Shown one piece after another: positions 30,347-44,327 of a stretch of DNA of 64,000 nucleotides (the first letter of the stretch is position 1; every line of letters starts with the position of its first letter). The stretch is taken from contig CM119265.1 of NCBI GenBank assembly GCA_051294375.1, positions 17,785,193-17,849,192 of the forward strand, in the 5' to 3' direction. Source of the DNA: Paraspadella gotoi (lineage: Eukaryota > Animalia > Chaetognatha). Made by a program: the position numbers and the translations under genes. The notes under the pieces are model-generated. The model worked only from the letters and a program-made list of their open reading frames with translations. It was not told the origin of the DNA and made no database searches.

Positions 30347-31771
30347 TTACGTTCCCTGCCCTTCCTATTTTCCCTTAACGCCGAGAAGGTGGAGATTATT
30401 CAAATGTAAATTCCCTCTTTTTTTTTTCTGCCCCGGGGCGTTGAGAAGAAGGGGATAGGAGAAGAGAGGTTAAAGGGGTCAGGAAGGAGTCGAAAAGAGG
30501 AGAGAAAGGAGAGAAGAGAAAAGTGAAAAAATGGGTTCTTGACAGAGGAATTAGCGGATCCCTCGTGGGAATTCCTCGTATTTATCGACGTGAATAGGGG
30601 AGAAAAGCGAGAACGAGAAGAGAAAGAAAAGAAAAAAGTTGTTAAAAGGGGAAGCAAAAGCGATAATAATGGAAGTTACGAGCATCGGAAGTACAAAAAC
30701 AGAACCGAAAGATGTTCACTATTTAATTCGAATGATTACAAAAATATTAAAAAAGCCGGTTATAATTAGATCTTGTAAATGCAGGTGGCTCGACCAAAAA
30801 GATCGCGAAAGAACAGAAAGGAGGGAATTGGGGTTGAGGCCTGACTTCGGATGGTCTTCTTGAGGGTCAGCGATGAAGTGGGGAGGGGGCGAGGAAAAAA
30901 CCAAAGCCGAGGACGAGAACCAAACCTTCAGCCGAAGTGGAGAAGGTCGCGAGCGAAGCCGACCCCGCGAATTGCTCTTATGTTTTCCGATCCGGTCGCC
31001 TTTATTTCATTCCACTTTCCTTTTTCTTTCGTCGATCCCGGTGGCGACCTCTCGCCAGCGGGAGACGGAATTAAAGCGTCGATGAAGAGAAATGGAATCG
31101 AGTCCAAAATGGAAAGCGGGAGAAAGAAAGAAGGAAAAGGAGAGTAAGAAAAAGGAAGCGAGACAAGAAGAAAAGAAGGGAACGTAAGAAAAAGTAAGCA
31201 GAATGAAGAATAGAATAATTTGCCTTCGAATGGATGAGATAAATAACAAAAAAGAATTGAGCCGTTGTAAGGCAAAAAGAATATTATGAATAAGAAAAAA
31301 AAAAAACAACCGACGTTATTCCCCAAATGACGGACAAAAAATAGCCTTAGAATAGAAGAAAACAGTGCTTTTATTTTGGAAAAAGAAAGAGTAAATGACC
31401 ATCCAAGGGAAATAATATCTATTGATTCACTTTCTTAATATTTTTATTCACTATATATTATATAGTATACTACATACCGGTAGATTTTTATTTTCAGTTT
31501 TATCTTATATATTTGTATTTTATACCAAGGTTTCATGGGATGACAAAATGAGATTTATAACAAAGTGAAGAAACGGAAGTGTGTAAAAAAGAAAAAAAAA
31601 GAAAAGAAGGAAAAAATAAAACCTGTGACAATCTTAATAAGTTTAAGAAATCTAAGAATTATTAAGAATTATTAAGCCTCGGAAAAGAAATGCGAAGAGA
31701 AACGGAAGAAGCGGAAATTGAAGAAAACTTGAATCTTCTTTTCTTTCTCTTACGAGATGACATTCTCACTC

Positions 31772-31840
<69 letters not shown>

Positions 31841-32466
31841 ATCATGTGTATTTGTTATGAAATATTCAGAAACAGAAGGGCGTGTCGGACCACATTTTTC
31901 CCACCACTGTTATATTATATTATATTATATTATATTATATTATAACTTATAACCGAGATTAAAAACAGCCCGTCGATCGGATTGCAACCTTTTCCGTATT
32001 TTGAGGTCGATGTTTAAACCATAAAGTACTGCACAGATGCTATTCAAACGCTTGAAATTATTCAACCTGCTCACGCAATTTTACCAGAAAAACACGCGGC
32101 CATTGGCCAGAACGGTTTAATGGTTGAGGTACGGTTTGCATGGTCGTCGGCTGTCAGTGGTCACTGGTAAGTGGTCACGTCTATTTCTAAAATAGAGGAA
32201 ACGTCACCATAAAAAAAAACCTTGAAGATTAANNNNNNNNNNGCTAAAGATCTTTTTTAATGGCGAAGGTCGAAGGTAATATAGGCAATATAGGAAATAT
32301 AGTTCGAAGGTAATATAGATAGTGGCGAGGAAATGGTTAATTATCACCTAAATAGTCCATTTAACCCGCGTTAAATTCATCTCTCGCGTCGGTCTCTCGC
32401 TCTCTCTCTCTCACGCTCGGTTAACGCCCTCGACCCTCTTTATTTTCCAGTTGCGCCGCGAGTACT

Positions 32467-32552
32467 CGGTCGGTCTGTCGGTCGGTCGGTATGTCTTTCC
32501 GTCGGTCTGTCCCACTTACGTTAAAAATGAACATAAGTTGCTCATTTGTTAA
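32467..32552 (-). mobile_element. Truncated copy of the same HINE/DINE-1-like element
   Basis: Reverse complement shares TTAACAAATGAGCAAC and TTTTTAACGTAAGTGGGACAGACCGACGGA.AGACATACCGAC with 58452-58596. Confidence 0.6.
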
Positions 32553-32956
32553 GACAGAAAAAAAAAACGCAAATCTAAGGGACTGCTAGCGCCGCCGTCC
32601 GGAAATATTAAAACTATAAAAAATAAAAGACGATTTCCGATGCAGTGCGTGACTTAAAGTTATTGTAGTCATGTTACGTCATGTCATGTCATGTCTCGAG
32701 AAATACACGTGAAAATAAAGTCACTTCGGCACAAACACATGGAATTACCGTTCTTGTTCAATCATATTTCTCCCGCTTGGTTCAATTTCCCTACGTTGAT
32801 AATTTATTGTATTTTGTATTGTATACATTATATTTATTGTACGATGTATATATGTACAAGGAGCGTTGTCAAATAATTTTCAACGATTCTCAGCCTACTT
32901 CGAATCCTCATTCGCCACTTTCCAATTTAAGGCCGTGATGAAAACTTAACAAGGTT

Positions 32957-33648
32957 TTTAAATCTTCCTCGCTCTCTCCACTCGCGAGGTTTAAACCTAC
33001 TTTTTGTAAGGGGCACGGATTCGAAATGAGATCGTTAGGACTCTACCGCCGGGGGAAGGTAAAGGAAGGAGGTAAGGAGGTAAGGAACCAGGCGGGAAGT
33101 GGGGGCGGGTTCCGCCTGCCTCCGCAGAGAACTCACCGCGCCTCGTTTTCCCGGAAATAAAAAACGACCTGAGACTCTCAGTGAGAGCCGAAATCTTTTC
33201 TGGTCTTCTTTTAGGTATAATTAACTCGGTCGCACTGGGTAAGGGTAGTTTTAAGGATTTGGAGGGATGGTAGAGAAAAGAAANNNNNNNNNNTTTAAAT
33301 CTTCCTCGCTCTCTCCACTCGCGAGGTTTAAACCTACTTTTTGTAAGGGGCACGGATTCGAAATGAGATCGTTAGGACTCTACCGCCGGGGGAAGGTAAA
33401 GGAAGGAGGTAAGGAGGTAAGGAACCAGGCGGGAAGTGGGGGCGGGTTCCGCCTGCCTCCGCAGAGAACTCACCGCGCCTCGTTTTCCCGGAAATAAAAA
33501 ACGACCTGAGACTCTCAGGTCTCAGGTCTCTCAGGTCTCAGGTCAGTGAGAGCCGAAATCTTTTCTGGTCTTCTTTTAGGTATAATTAACTCGGTCGCAC
33601 TGGGTAAGGGTAGTTTTAAGGATTTGGAGGTATGGTAGAGAAAAGAAA
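32957..33648. repeat. ~330-bp tandem duplication flanking a 10-N gap (probably two alleles)
   Basis: 32957-33283 vs 33294-33648 differ by one substitution and a 28-bp insertion. Confidence 0.9.
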
Positions 33649-34473
33649 ATTGTTTGATGAAATATTGCAAAGCCATAATATAAAATCGGAAATTAGCAAT
33701 TAAATTACCGGGCTAACTTTATCTTAATCTTTTCGCGTTGCAATGGCTGCTAAGCACCGTTTTGCGTTAATGACGCTTAATTTTGTCGCCCCGTGAAACT
33801 GAAAAAAACGAAGAGACAATGGGCCGATTGAGCCATGGAAGCGGCGCTCTCTCGGGACCCCACTAGCGCCGCCGCTCGGGCCTCTCAATTTATGCCGGAG
33901 TTTTTTAGCTCGAAAGGCTAATTGAGTTCGTTCTCGAACCCCGAGGTCCGAACGGCTCCAAAGGCCGATGCCAATCGTTTGTCACCCGGCAGTCGTTTTC
34001 CCCCGGGCTAAGGAGCCAATTAATATCGGACTTTTTTTTTTCAGGGATTTTTTTTGTAAAATTCACTATTTTTTCCTATTTTTTTCTGGTTATTTGCTTG
34101 GCAGCTTCCGTATTGAACCGACGAAAAGTCTGAAGACGACGGGACCCCGAAGTAAAGAAATGTTAATACGTGGAAATAAAGTTTAACAATTTGGCGCCGA
34201 GCGACTCAGGTCAGCGGGAAAAGAAAGAGAGATTTATTGAAAGCTTTGCTGACAACTCATTTGATTTAAATATCTCGTGCGTTTTCTTTTTTTCTTTCTT
34301 TCTTTCATTTTCTTGGTCTCTTTCCTTTTTCCGTGAGACGTGTCCATTTCTTGCGTCAGATTTATATTGTTTCTCCCGATGAAGCGATCGTCACTCAAGT
34401 CTCTCCGTGAATCGTGAAAGATATTGGCGACCGAATGACTAAAACATGAGCGGAACATGAGAGCGCGAGGGAT

Positions 34474-34509
<36 letters not shown>

Positions 34510-37500
34510 GATGAGATGGACGAGCGAGACGAGAGAGAGAGGAGAGAGTGAGGAGAAGAGAGAGAGAGAGAGAGATAGATATTGTGGGACAAGCGAGGTA
34601 ACTGGAGGACTAAAGGTACATGAGCGAGAGCTTTGAGTTAGTTATTCAGCCGAATAGAAAACCTGGTCTCGTCAAGGGATTATCTCTCTGAACCCTGACT
34701 CAATCCTTTGCCAAATGACGAAACCATGACGCAAGGTCTTTGGGAACAAGGCACTGTGTCACTGTCTAAGGAACGATCGTATCTTATCTGCGGCAGAGAG
34801 CGTTAGAGAGCGAGAGAGGGAAATAAAAATTGAACAAGGAAAAAAAAAGGAAGAGTGGGAGATAGAGAGATGTAGATAGTTAGAGAGAAAGATAGAGAGA
34901 AAGAGAGAGAGAGAGAGAGGGAGAGAGAAAGGTTTCTGATTTCGCTAATAGTTTCACTTTAAAGGGCCTAAAATCGAGGAGGAAAGAAAGGTGGTGATCG
35001 ATCAAGATTGATCGATGACCCGCAGCCATTTGGGGGCCAGGGGGCGGGTGGGGCGCGCACGAAAAGAATAATCAGGGCCGAGGGCTACCTCATACCGTCC
35101 CGCCGGAATCAGCATCTGAAACATTTTAGATTCCAACCTCAAATTTTTGTATGAAATTTAATCTTTAATGAGACGAAGGGGAAATTACCCGTTTTTCTCT
35201 GGAGTGGAGTCAAAACTTTTTGCTCTTCTCTCAACAATTTTAAATGTTTTCCTCATTTACACCAAAAAAAAAAAAAAAATAAGTCCCAAAATAAGTTCTG
35301 TAATTTCACGACTGACCGGTCCTCATCGCCATAATCTCGTGAAATATGAGCGGCGGAATTTTTCGGAGGCGCCGGATATGAATCGAGGTTCTTGCGAAAA
35401 CTTATCGCAGTGCCAGGTTTTCGCCTTTAAGGGTCTGATAAACGTCGATTGGCGAGATTTTCTTACGCCTGACGCCTGATTAATGGTTTCGCCGGTTCCG
35501 GTATCGGTAGAAGCGAAAAGGTGAAGAGTACAAACGGTTTCTCGACTGACCCTCATTCGCGGAAGAAATTGGGAGGCGTGGCGCCCCGGCGACGGTGGCG
35601 GGGGGGAAGTAAAGTGTGAGACGTCGATTGTGGAAACGATTCGAAAAACTTGGCCAATTTTACATCGATTTTTAAGACGATATCGGTATAGTTTTGAACA
35701 ACTGAAAATAACAAGTTTCACGAATTCTAGTTGCCTTCGCTAGAAGTGATCTTCAAAGTCCGTTGGTCGATGGTGTTCGTTCCGATGATTTCTTATCGGT
35801 CGCGATTTCTTTAGAAATCAGAACTGTAAATATTGGTAGGTGATAATGATGCTTGGCAATGGGAGAAGATGCCATCGGTGGAGAGAAAATGAGCGAGTCA
35901 GAGAGAGGAAGAGGAGAGAGAGGAATGGGAGGAAGAGAAAGAGATAGAATGATCTCAGGCTTTATTTGTATATATCTACGTCAGCGGATAATTGATATAA
36001 GTGGAAACGGAGACCTCCCAGATTTGGATCGAGAAAGGAGGGAAGGAAGGAAAGAAGAAAGAAAATAAGAAAGGAAGGAATGCTTAAATCTCATGTCGTT
36101 CTTGTCTTGCGTCACTTCTGTCTAATTTCAGTTCTGCTTTTTATCAGATCTATCTATTTCCGATGTCAGAGATTTACTCTTTCCATTTTTCTCCGACTTT
36201 TAGCCTGACCCGTTCCCCAAGAATTTTTGTTTTAGTTCTTATTACTTTTCTCCGGGCCGTCTTACAAATTACAACGCTTTGACCCTGCCATGTTACAGTG
36301 CTTGTCTCCCTGCCACTGTATCACGCCTCCACCAATTTCAAAATCTTGTTCCGGATGTTTGACCGGAAATTCTCTCTTCTCTCTCCGACCTCCTCCTCTT
36401 TCTATTTGCGGTCCCAATTTGGTCGTTGCGACTCCGAGTCTCCACCTCGGCGCCCCGCCCATCGCCGCGCCACGCCGCGCCACACCACGCCGTGCTGTCC
36501 TCTGGCGTCTACCGGGGAAGTTCAATGACCGTCTAGATGAGAACTTCGCTGTTTTTATTTCCAAATGTTGGATCAAGCTTTGGCGCATAGGGAAATTGGA
36601 GTATCAGTACTTCTGTGAAAATCGTACTATAAATGCACTTTTTAAATTTTTATCATCAGTATGTAACGCAAATCACACCAAGCTTTTTTTTTTTAAATAT
36701 ATTTTGAAAATTCTAAATTTGAATTTGAATTTTTTAAATTCTTTTGAATTCTATCCCTTCGATTCGGCTTGGCTGTTCTCTAAATCTTCGAAATCTAAAA
36801 AATTAATTCGAATCCCGCAGTCGCAAAGAATTTCTTAATTCTCTCTTGGAACATCAAATTCAGCTCCAGCAGCAAAGAGATTGCTCTCCCTTTGCCTATG
36901 AGTATTATCTTTTTTTTTTCCGCTGCAATCTTTTAATGCACAAAATTTTCGAGGGAATCCTGCTACCTTCTCCTTTTCCATTTCTCCCTCCCCCTAATCT
37001 ACCGACCCAAAAAATAAGAGATTCCCCGGGAAAGCGCGAGAGGTTCTCTCTCGGCTTATTTATGCTCGCGCCGGTCCCGACCACTTTCCTTGTACTTTTG
37101 TTGTTTTTATTTCCGGACTCAGATTCTCGAAGAGTCACTGCTCATACTTGAGAGGTTTACATGGTTCAAAAGTTTTTATATGTATTAAGAAAATATAACG
37201 TTTCGGGGGAAAAAGCCAATAAATCTCGTGACTTCCTGACATCGCAGTAATATTTTCTTTTAAGCTTTATTCACCTTTTTGATCATAAATTTAAATAACA
37301 GTGTTCCCTTACCTTCATTCACCAATGAAATGCCGTAATAAAAAGAGAATAAAAGGGGAAAAGGAAAAAAAGAAATTTAAATTAGGTCCGTGAGCTTTAC
37401 TGCTTTACGCAACCGGAAAAAAAAATTTTCTTGCAAAAGCCCGGAAAATCAGGTATTAATCCTTTACGGTTGTCATGGAGACCGTGACACGTACACAAAC

Positions 37501-37917
37501 CGCGAGTTGATTATGAACCACTACCGCGGAACGACGTAAGAATAATTTAAAACCGAGAGCTGAGGTTAGAAAAGTACATTATGAAAAAAAATATGTGAAA
37601 AATTTTCGTGTCCAAGAGAAAAACCGTATTTTTAACCGGAGATACGATAACATAAAACTGCGAAAGTAATCCCCGGTTTTAAAAATAAAAGGTCGCTGCG
37701 GTCCACTCAAAGACGGTTTGCCAGAAAACAAAAAAAAAAAAAGGAAAACAAGAGCGGAACAAATAGGGGAGGTTAACCGCTCAGCCAGAAGCAACTGTCT
37801 GACCCGAGCGGCGAAAAAACTGAGGGTGGGAGGTTGGGGGCGTAAACCTTTTTGGAGTTCGGATGATACAACTAGATGCTTCAACGTCTGAAGTATTTTT
37901 TCATCTTCATCATCGTT

Positions 37918-37926
37918 ACCACCACC

Positions 37927-38010
<84 letters not shown>
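37918..38010. repeat. Compound (ACC)n(ATC)n microsatellite
   Basis: perfect adjacent trinucleotide runs. Confidence 0.95.
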
Positions 38011-39570
38011 GCCATTGTAGTCCCTCGTCATAATCACCATAATCAGTGTCATTCTCTGCTCGCCATCATCATAATCATTATCCAACAATCAGCAAAAGGG
38101 AGGGTCAAAGCTTTGAGCTATTCCAGTAGGCGTGGCTTCTTTATTCCTCGGAGCATAAAGTCGCGAAAATGGGGCCTTCCTGCTTTGGCGCAAAAATTCC
38201 ATAGACAAAAAAAAATTATATATTAAAAAAAAAACAACCAAAAGCAAGAACAACCAGAATAACGGATAACGAGAATCTTGGGTCTTAATAAATGTAGCAG
38301 CCATTAAAACTAAAACTATATATATTATGTAGTGTACTAGTGTATTCAAAATCAAATGTGTTGTTTTCTCCACAAAAAGAAATTCGAGAGATAGAGAGAG
38401 AGAGNNNNNNNNNNAGAGAGGGGGGGAAAGTGTGTTTCATTGACAAAGACATAATAAATGGTAGACTGACAAAGATAAAAAAGTAAGTTTTAAAAAGAAG
38501 CGTCGGAGAGCAATAAAAAGAAAGAGTGAGAGAGTGACAGAGTTGAAGTAAGGAGTGAAGGGGAGTGAAAGAAAAAACCTAGCTCAGAGTGCTGATCGGT
38601 ACTGAAACCTCTGATCCGGCGTTCGCCTGATCCCAACTGTCATGGACTACTCCGACTGGGGCTTGAGGTTGGAGATGTTGTCTTAGCCACATGCCATGAA
38701 AGAACCGCATTTCCCAATCTTTCGTCGCTCTTGCGGATCTACCAGCCACCTGCTTTATCTTCGGTTTTAAATTTTTGAGGAAGAAACTCTTGGGAAATTA
38801 AAAGTTTTTTCCAGAAAAAAATTTTGATTAACATTACAGTGGAATTCTTAAACATTCAGCCTCCTTAATAGAACATTCTTTTTTTCATCGGTTTCCCACC
38901 TTGTTTATTGGGTCCACAACGGACGTCAAACTCTATTTTCTTTCTCACTTTTCTATCTTCACTTCCTTTTCGAAAGTCTATCTGTTTCTCTCTTCCGTTT
39001 CCCTTTTCTTATTCTAAGCCAGATTTTTCAAAAAAATCTCTTTTTCCCCACCCCGCCCCAGCTCCAAATTTTTTCTTCTTTTTTTTCTCAGCCCAGTTCC
39101 TTTTCCGAGAAAACGAAATAAATTAGAAATTCAAAAGTGTATTTCGAGTTTTTATCTCGAGACTCAAACTTCAAATCTCTTTCTGGAATCTTGAGGGCGG
39201 AGCTAGAACCAGGCTAAAAAAAAAAAGAAAGAAGAAATAAAGAAACAAAAGTGAAAGAACTGATAAAAAAAGTAGAGCATTAAAGACTTAAGCAATTGTT
39301 ATATTTGGCTCCTTCGTTTACAATTAAGAATGAAAGAAGTTAAAATTGCGATCACTAAATTCTGATTTGTTTATTTTCATTTCTTATAATTAAAACTGTA
39401 AAAGTGGGGACAATAACTAAGCGTGTATGGACCTAGAATTTCCTTTCTTTTCATCTCCTTCCAATCGAGAAAAAAAGTTAAGTGGATTTGAATCGCGGGT
39501 TCGAGGGTCGAAGGGTCAACGGAAGGTTGAAGAGGAAAAGAAGAGACCGGAACGGACACAAAAGAAACCC

Positions 39571-39801
39571 AGTGACGGAGGGAAGGGGGTGGGAGAGAGG
39601 GAAGAGGAGCGGCGGAGAGGAGCAGGGAAGAGGGGTGAAGAACAGGAGCGGAATGTCGTAGGGGTGAGGGGAGAGGAGCAGGACAGAGTGACGGAGGGAA
39701 GGGGGTGGAGAGAGGGAAGAGGAGTTGGGGAGAGGAGTAGGGTCGAGGGGTGAAGAACAGGAGCGGTATGTCGTGGGGGTGAGGGGAGAGGAGCAGGACA
39801 G
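39571..39801. repeat. Two-copy ~116-bp purine/G-rich tandem repeat
   Basis: AGTGACGGAGGGAAGGGGGTGG... starts at 39571 and again at 39687; a few substitutions. Confidence 0.85.
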
Positions 39802-40349
39802 AATAACGGGGTGGGACTTGAAGAGAGGAGCGAAATAGCAGGAGCGAAGTGAGAAGCGGACAAAGCGATTGGAACAGGAGCGAGTAAAGGTCAAGAGGGC
39901 AGAAAGGTCTGAAATTGGACAGAACAAACGAATGATGGTGGTGAGTTGTGATAGCGTCAAGCTTCGACGGGTGGCGCCCGGTAGTTGGAATCTTTAAGGA
40001 AAGCAATATAATTCTAAACTATGATAAGAGGTGGCGCTGTGGTGGTCAGTAAAAACGCCAGGTTGCGGGATATAATTTAAAAAAAAAAGGAAGTTACGAG
40101 AAATTGAGACAAATGGCTTCATTGTAAGTAGGACTCATCTCTCGAGGCAACGATTGCAGAAAAAAAGATAATGGAATCCAGCGTCGTGATGCCATCACTG
40201 ATGCCATCAACGACGGCGTTTTTATTCTGAGAGAAAAAAGATAAAAGATTATTACATAATGATAACTAGGATGGGAAGTTTCAAAATCGGGTTCGTAACA
40301 GGTGGCGACTGAGTCGAGAAAACAACAGAAACTCTCTCTCTCTCTCTCT

Positions 40350-40437
<88 letters not shown>

Positions 40438-41004
40438 CTCCTTTCTCTCTCTTTCTCTCTCTATTGACTCGGTCGAGGGCTCATAAAAGACGCATAATAG
40501 AGCCGAGAGAGCAAAAAAGTGGAGAGGGAGAAAGCAGTTGGTCTCAGGTGCGAATGAGTGTCGTCGAGTTTTTTCAGGTAATATGAGAAAGAGAGCAAAG
40601 CGACATTTAAAAAACAAAAAAACCGCTCAGCAGTCCGCACTATTCTACTTGCTCCGATCGTACAATGCGGAAAGCAGGGAGAAGGTTAATACTAAGGCAA
40701 GCTGTTGCCGCGTCGGAAAAAAGAGAAGTTTCTTTAGAAAATAACTGAAAGAGAGGAAACGACGATGAGTAGAAAAACCGAGAGGAGAGGGAGAAATACT
40801 GAATCGCTATGCGACAAAAGAGGGAACGAGTCAAAGGTGAAACGACGGGGCGAAGATCAAACGCCGCTCGACGAAACGAGACAAAGAAAAACGGGAGCCA
40901 ATTAGACAAAGACGCCCATAACTCTGAATCCTGAGCGGGATTCCGTTTCTGGAGTAAAAGCGCAAATGGTCGATTATCTGGGACCCATTAATCCTTCTTG
41001 CTCT

Positions 41005-41075
<71 letters not shown>

Positions 41076-42896
41076 ACACACACACGCACACACCACACAC
41101 TTTCTCTGTCCTCTCTATTATCGTCACAATTCAGGTCCAGAAATCCTCTAAACTCGATTCCGATTTCTCGGCCACAGCAAAATAAGTGCGGGTGGCATGG
41201 CATGGCATGGCATGATCTTTTTCTTGAACGCTCTTGTTGTTATTGTTATTGTTAATAAAGGAAGTTATATGGAAAAAACTTTTAACTTTTAAGTACTTCA
41301 AAAATCATAATGTGAATCAAACTAAAAATTAAATTTTCAGCTCATAAAAGCTAAGCGTCTTCAGATTTAGAAAAAAACGCTATGCCGTCTCTTTGCTCTG
41401 AGTATATATCTTGTCTCGGACCATACGGTCGTTGGGTCATGTGATTTCGGTTAATTAATCGCGGCTCGGGTTCCTGATCCGTCGCGAGATGGGATTGCGA
41501 CCATAGTCAATGAGGAACAATGGTTCCCTTGTCAAGCGGATCGCTTCGTTACGCCTCGGTCTCTATTCTGTTGAAGTCAGGGGACCCTCCCAGCTGGTGG
41601 AGACGGACTATTGTATCAGTCTGTTTTCTTGATTCTGGCAAATTGAACTGAAAATAGTAACCATGCCCGCGATTGGTCGCTCGTCTAAAATCAATGACAG
41701 GGTAAGTTTAATGCATATTCATTTGCTATTGTATTTATTTCAATTTTTCTATCTATCGAGAATAAACTTCAATCAAACTAGTGGCGTGCCGCCGTGCCCG
41801 TGATTTGATCCCGAAGCGTTTTTTATGATTGGTATTTGATTATTATTTTTTCTTCCTAACCCAGAGGAAAGTTTGAGCCCAGAATCTCAATCAAAATTTA
41901 AAAAAAAAAAAAAATCAAGATGTCAAACAATACCTTCCCAGGGGTTAGCACGAGAAGCAAGAAAATACATAATACTAATAGTAGTAAAACATGAACACAT
42001 CGCCAGGATTTTTGAAAAGTTATGATTATGAATGAAATACTTCTTGGGCATAACATCATCCTTCCGAAATTAGACGAATCATAGGAAAGACGGTTTAATT
42101 GATTGGAAATATAATCGAACTTTTTTTTTTTTTAATCATCTCGCGGTTTTTGGCTTTTTTCCTCGCGCGTCAAACCCGGCACATTATCATTTGAGACAAA
42201 CGGAAACAGATGGCGCTTCATTGTCTCCCCGGTTTCCCTGCTGAACACATTTTTTGATCAAAAGCGGATTAAAAAAAAAATGCATTCGTTTAAATTTCCT
42301 AAATCCATCACCGAGGGCCCATAACAAAGCCTGCCCCCCTTTTTGAACTCGGGTCAAACGCCCATCGCCTGATTATAACCGACTAATTGTTCGACGGGTC
42401 GTCATCTTCGCGAAAGATACCATAAACCTGGATCCCGTTGTCGGGGACATTCCCCGCGAATCCATTCGCCTTTAATTTCGATCTTAATCAAAAAATAATC
42501 ATAGAATCGGAAAGAGATCGTCATGGCGTTTCTTCATTTTCGGGAGGAGGGCGGAAAGGGAAAGAGCATAAAAAATAACAGAGAGAGGATTTCCGAATTC
42601 GTGTCATTTTGGATATAATACCTGGTTGACTCGATAATTTTTTTTCCCCTTTTATTTCAAATCGGATTTATTCGATTGTTTTTTTTCTTCCCATTTCAAT
42701 GTTATATGCTTCTGTATGAAGGGATGATTAAAAGTTTAAAACATTATTTTTTTTACCATTATTGAAAATAAGAAAATTAATACATTAAACAATTTTTTTT
42801 TAGATTTAACAAATCTAAATGTATTTATGTCAACATTAAATTTCAATTGATACTTATATTTAAAATATAAAATTTTATGTTAATTTTTGTTTTTAG

Positions 42897-43364
42897 TTTA
42901 AATCAAATCTAAAACCACTGTGGATCAGATTTGTTGACGACACATCTCGATCAAAAATGGCGGCATTAACGGCGCCGCCGATTTCGGCGTCGCGACGATC
43001 GCCCCGGGGGCGAAGGTCACGTCTTTCCAACGCCGGCGGCTTTACAGCTGCCGCTACCGCTGACTCCGCCGCAGCCGCCTCCACGAGACATTCCTCGAAC
43101 GACCCTCGCGTCCTCCGATATTTTCCACCGATTTTAAACGACGCCGCCGACACCGCGGAGGCCGATTTCGTCGCGCTCTCCACCCGGCGCGGTCGGCGTC
43201 GTCGTCGCCGGGACGAGGGTCCCAGTTTCCGGCGTCTGGAGATCGAGTGGAATCCGGCGAATCGGCAGCCGCGGAACGAGGCCGAGAGGCAGTCGCCGAT
43301 GAACCTTTGCTGCATCCTCAGTTTGGCCGCGCATTCGAGGCCAAGGCGGATCAATGGGAAGAGG
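42897..43364 (+). CDS. Candidate orphan coding exon (low-complexity Ala/Arg-rich)
   Basis: T-rich tract + ttttag acceptor, 468 nt open frame, AGG|gtgagt donor. Phase-compatible with candidate first exon 41663-41701 (MPAIGRSSKINDR|gtaagt). No homology recognised, and an antisense ORF is also open. Confidence 0.35.
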
Positions 43365-44034
43365 GTGAGTAAAGGAGGGCGGGGTTGATAAATGGGTAAG
43401 TGCTGAGAGGTATGAACGGAGGAGAAAGAAGAAAAAAAAACCTTGCAATGGCGCAGTTAGAGACGCAGCTCAGCACTCTCGCTCGACGATGCCAAATCGC
43501 GGTGATTTCGGGATCTTTACGTCCAACGAAAAACTCGTTTGACCTCGAGGCTCCGAACCCGTTGCAGGTGACGGTCGCCGTCTTCGAACGGGAGAACTAC
43601 GACCCCTGGGCGAGGAGACCGAGGACGCTCCAAGGATTTTACGGTGAAAAAAAAAAAATAAAACAAATGCCTTTCCACTAGACTTCTTTTTTTCGTGGGG
43701 AAGAGTTGTGAACACGAAGATGGCTCGAAAACGATATTTTTATTAAGATACTAACATAAATTAATTTTTAAGTATGTAAAATGATTGGACGAATTACTAA
43801 TTTCTACATATAGCTTTGTAAAGAATATATATATTCTTTGAACGTATCTAATTGATTACTTTCAATAAAAAAATATAGAAAAAAATCAAATCTTGCTACT
43901 GTTTACATACTACTCTCAACCGGTGTATATCTTTTTGTTGGCAAAAAATATGACAGAAAAAAATCGCTGCTGTGTTTTTAAGAGCCTATAAATGTCTTGT
44001 TTTCGAAGCGAAAACAATTCATGGCCTTCGAGAA

Positions 44035-44094
<60 letters not shown>

Positions 44095-44271
44095 AAGACA
44101 GAGTAATAACGATTTTATTTTACGTATTATAAGAATGTTTTTAAATTTAAAAAAAAAAATTCTACTTGTTCTCCGTTTTATTTCTTTACAGCGCATCTAA
44201 ATGCCCGAATCCGCCCCCCCCCCTTCCCGACCCCGTCCCGTGACTGCCTCTGGTTTTCAGGCCATCAATTC

Positions 44272-44327
44272 AAGCACGTGCTTTTCACGTGGTCCCACGC
44301 GCGCCTTCACGACTCCGAACCGGAAGT
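44272..44327. promoter_or_regulatory. Cluster of E-boxes (CACGTG x2, CACGCG) and ETS site (CCGGAAGT)
   Basis: Four motifs within 56 bp in a small GC island; motif match only. Confidence 0.3.

Noticed and set aside
37579-38226. Poly-Asp / poly-Ile ORFs
   Set aside because: Translations of an (ATC)n microsatellite with no splice or homology support
39377-40006. 209-aa Pro/Leu/Ser-rich ORF
   Set aside because: Arises from the pyrimidine-rich strand of the 116-bp tandem repeat
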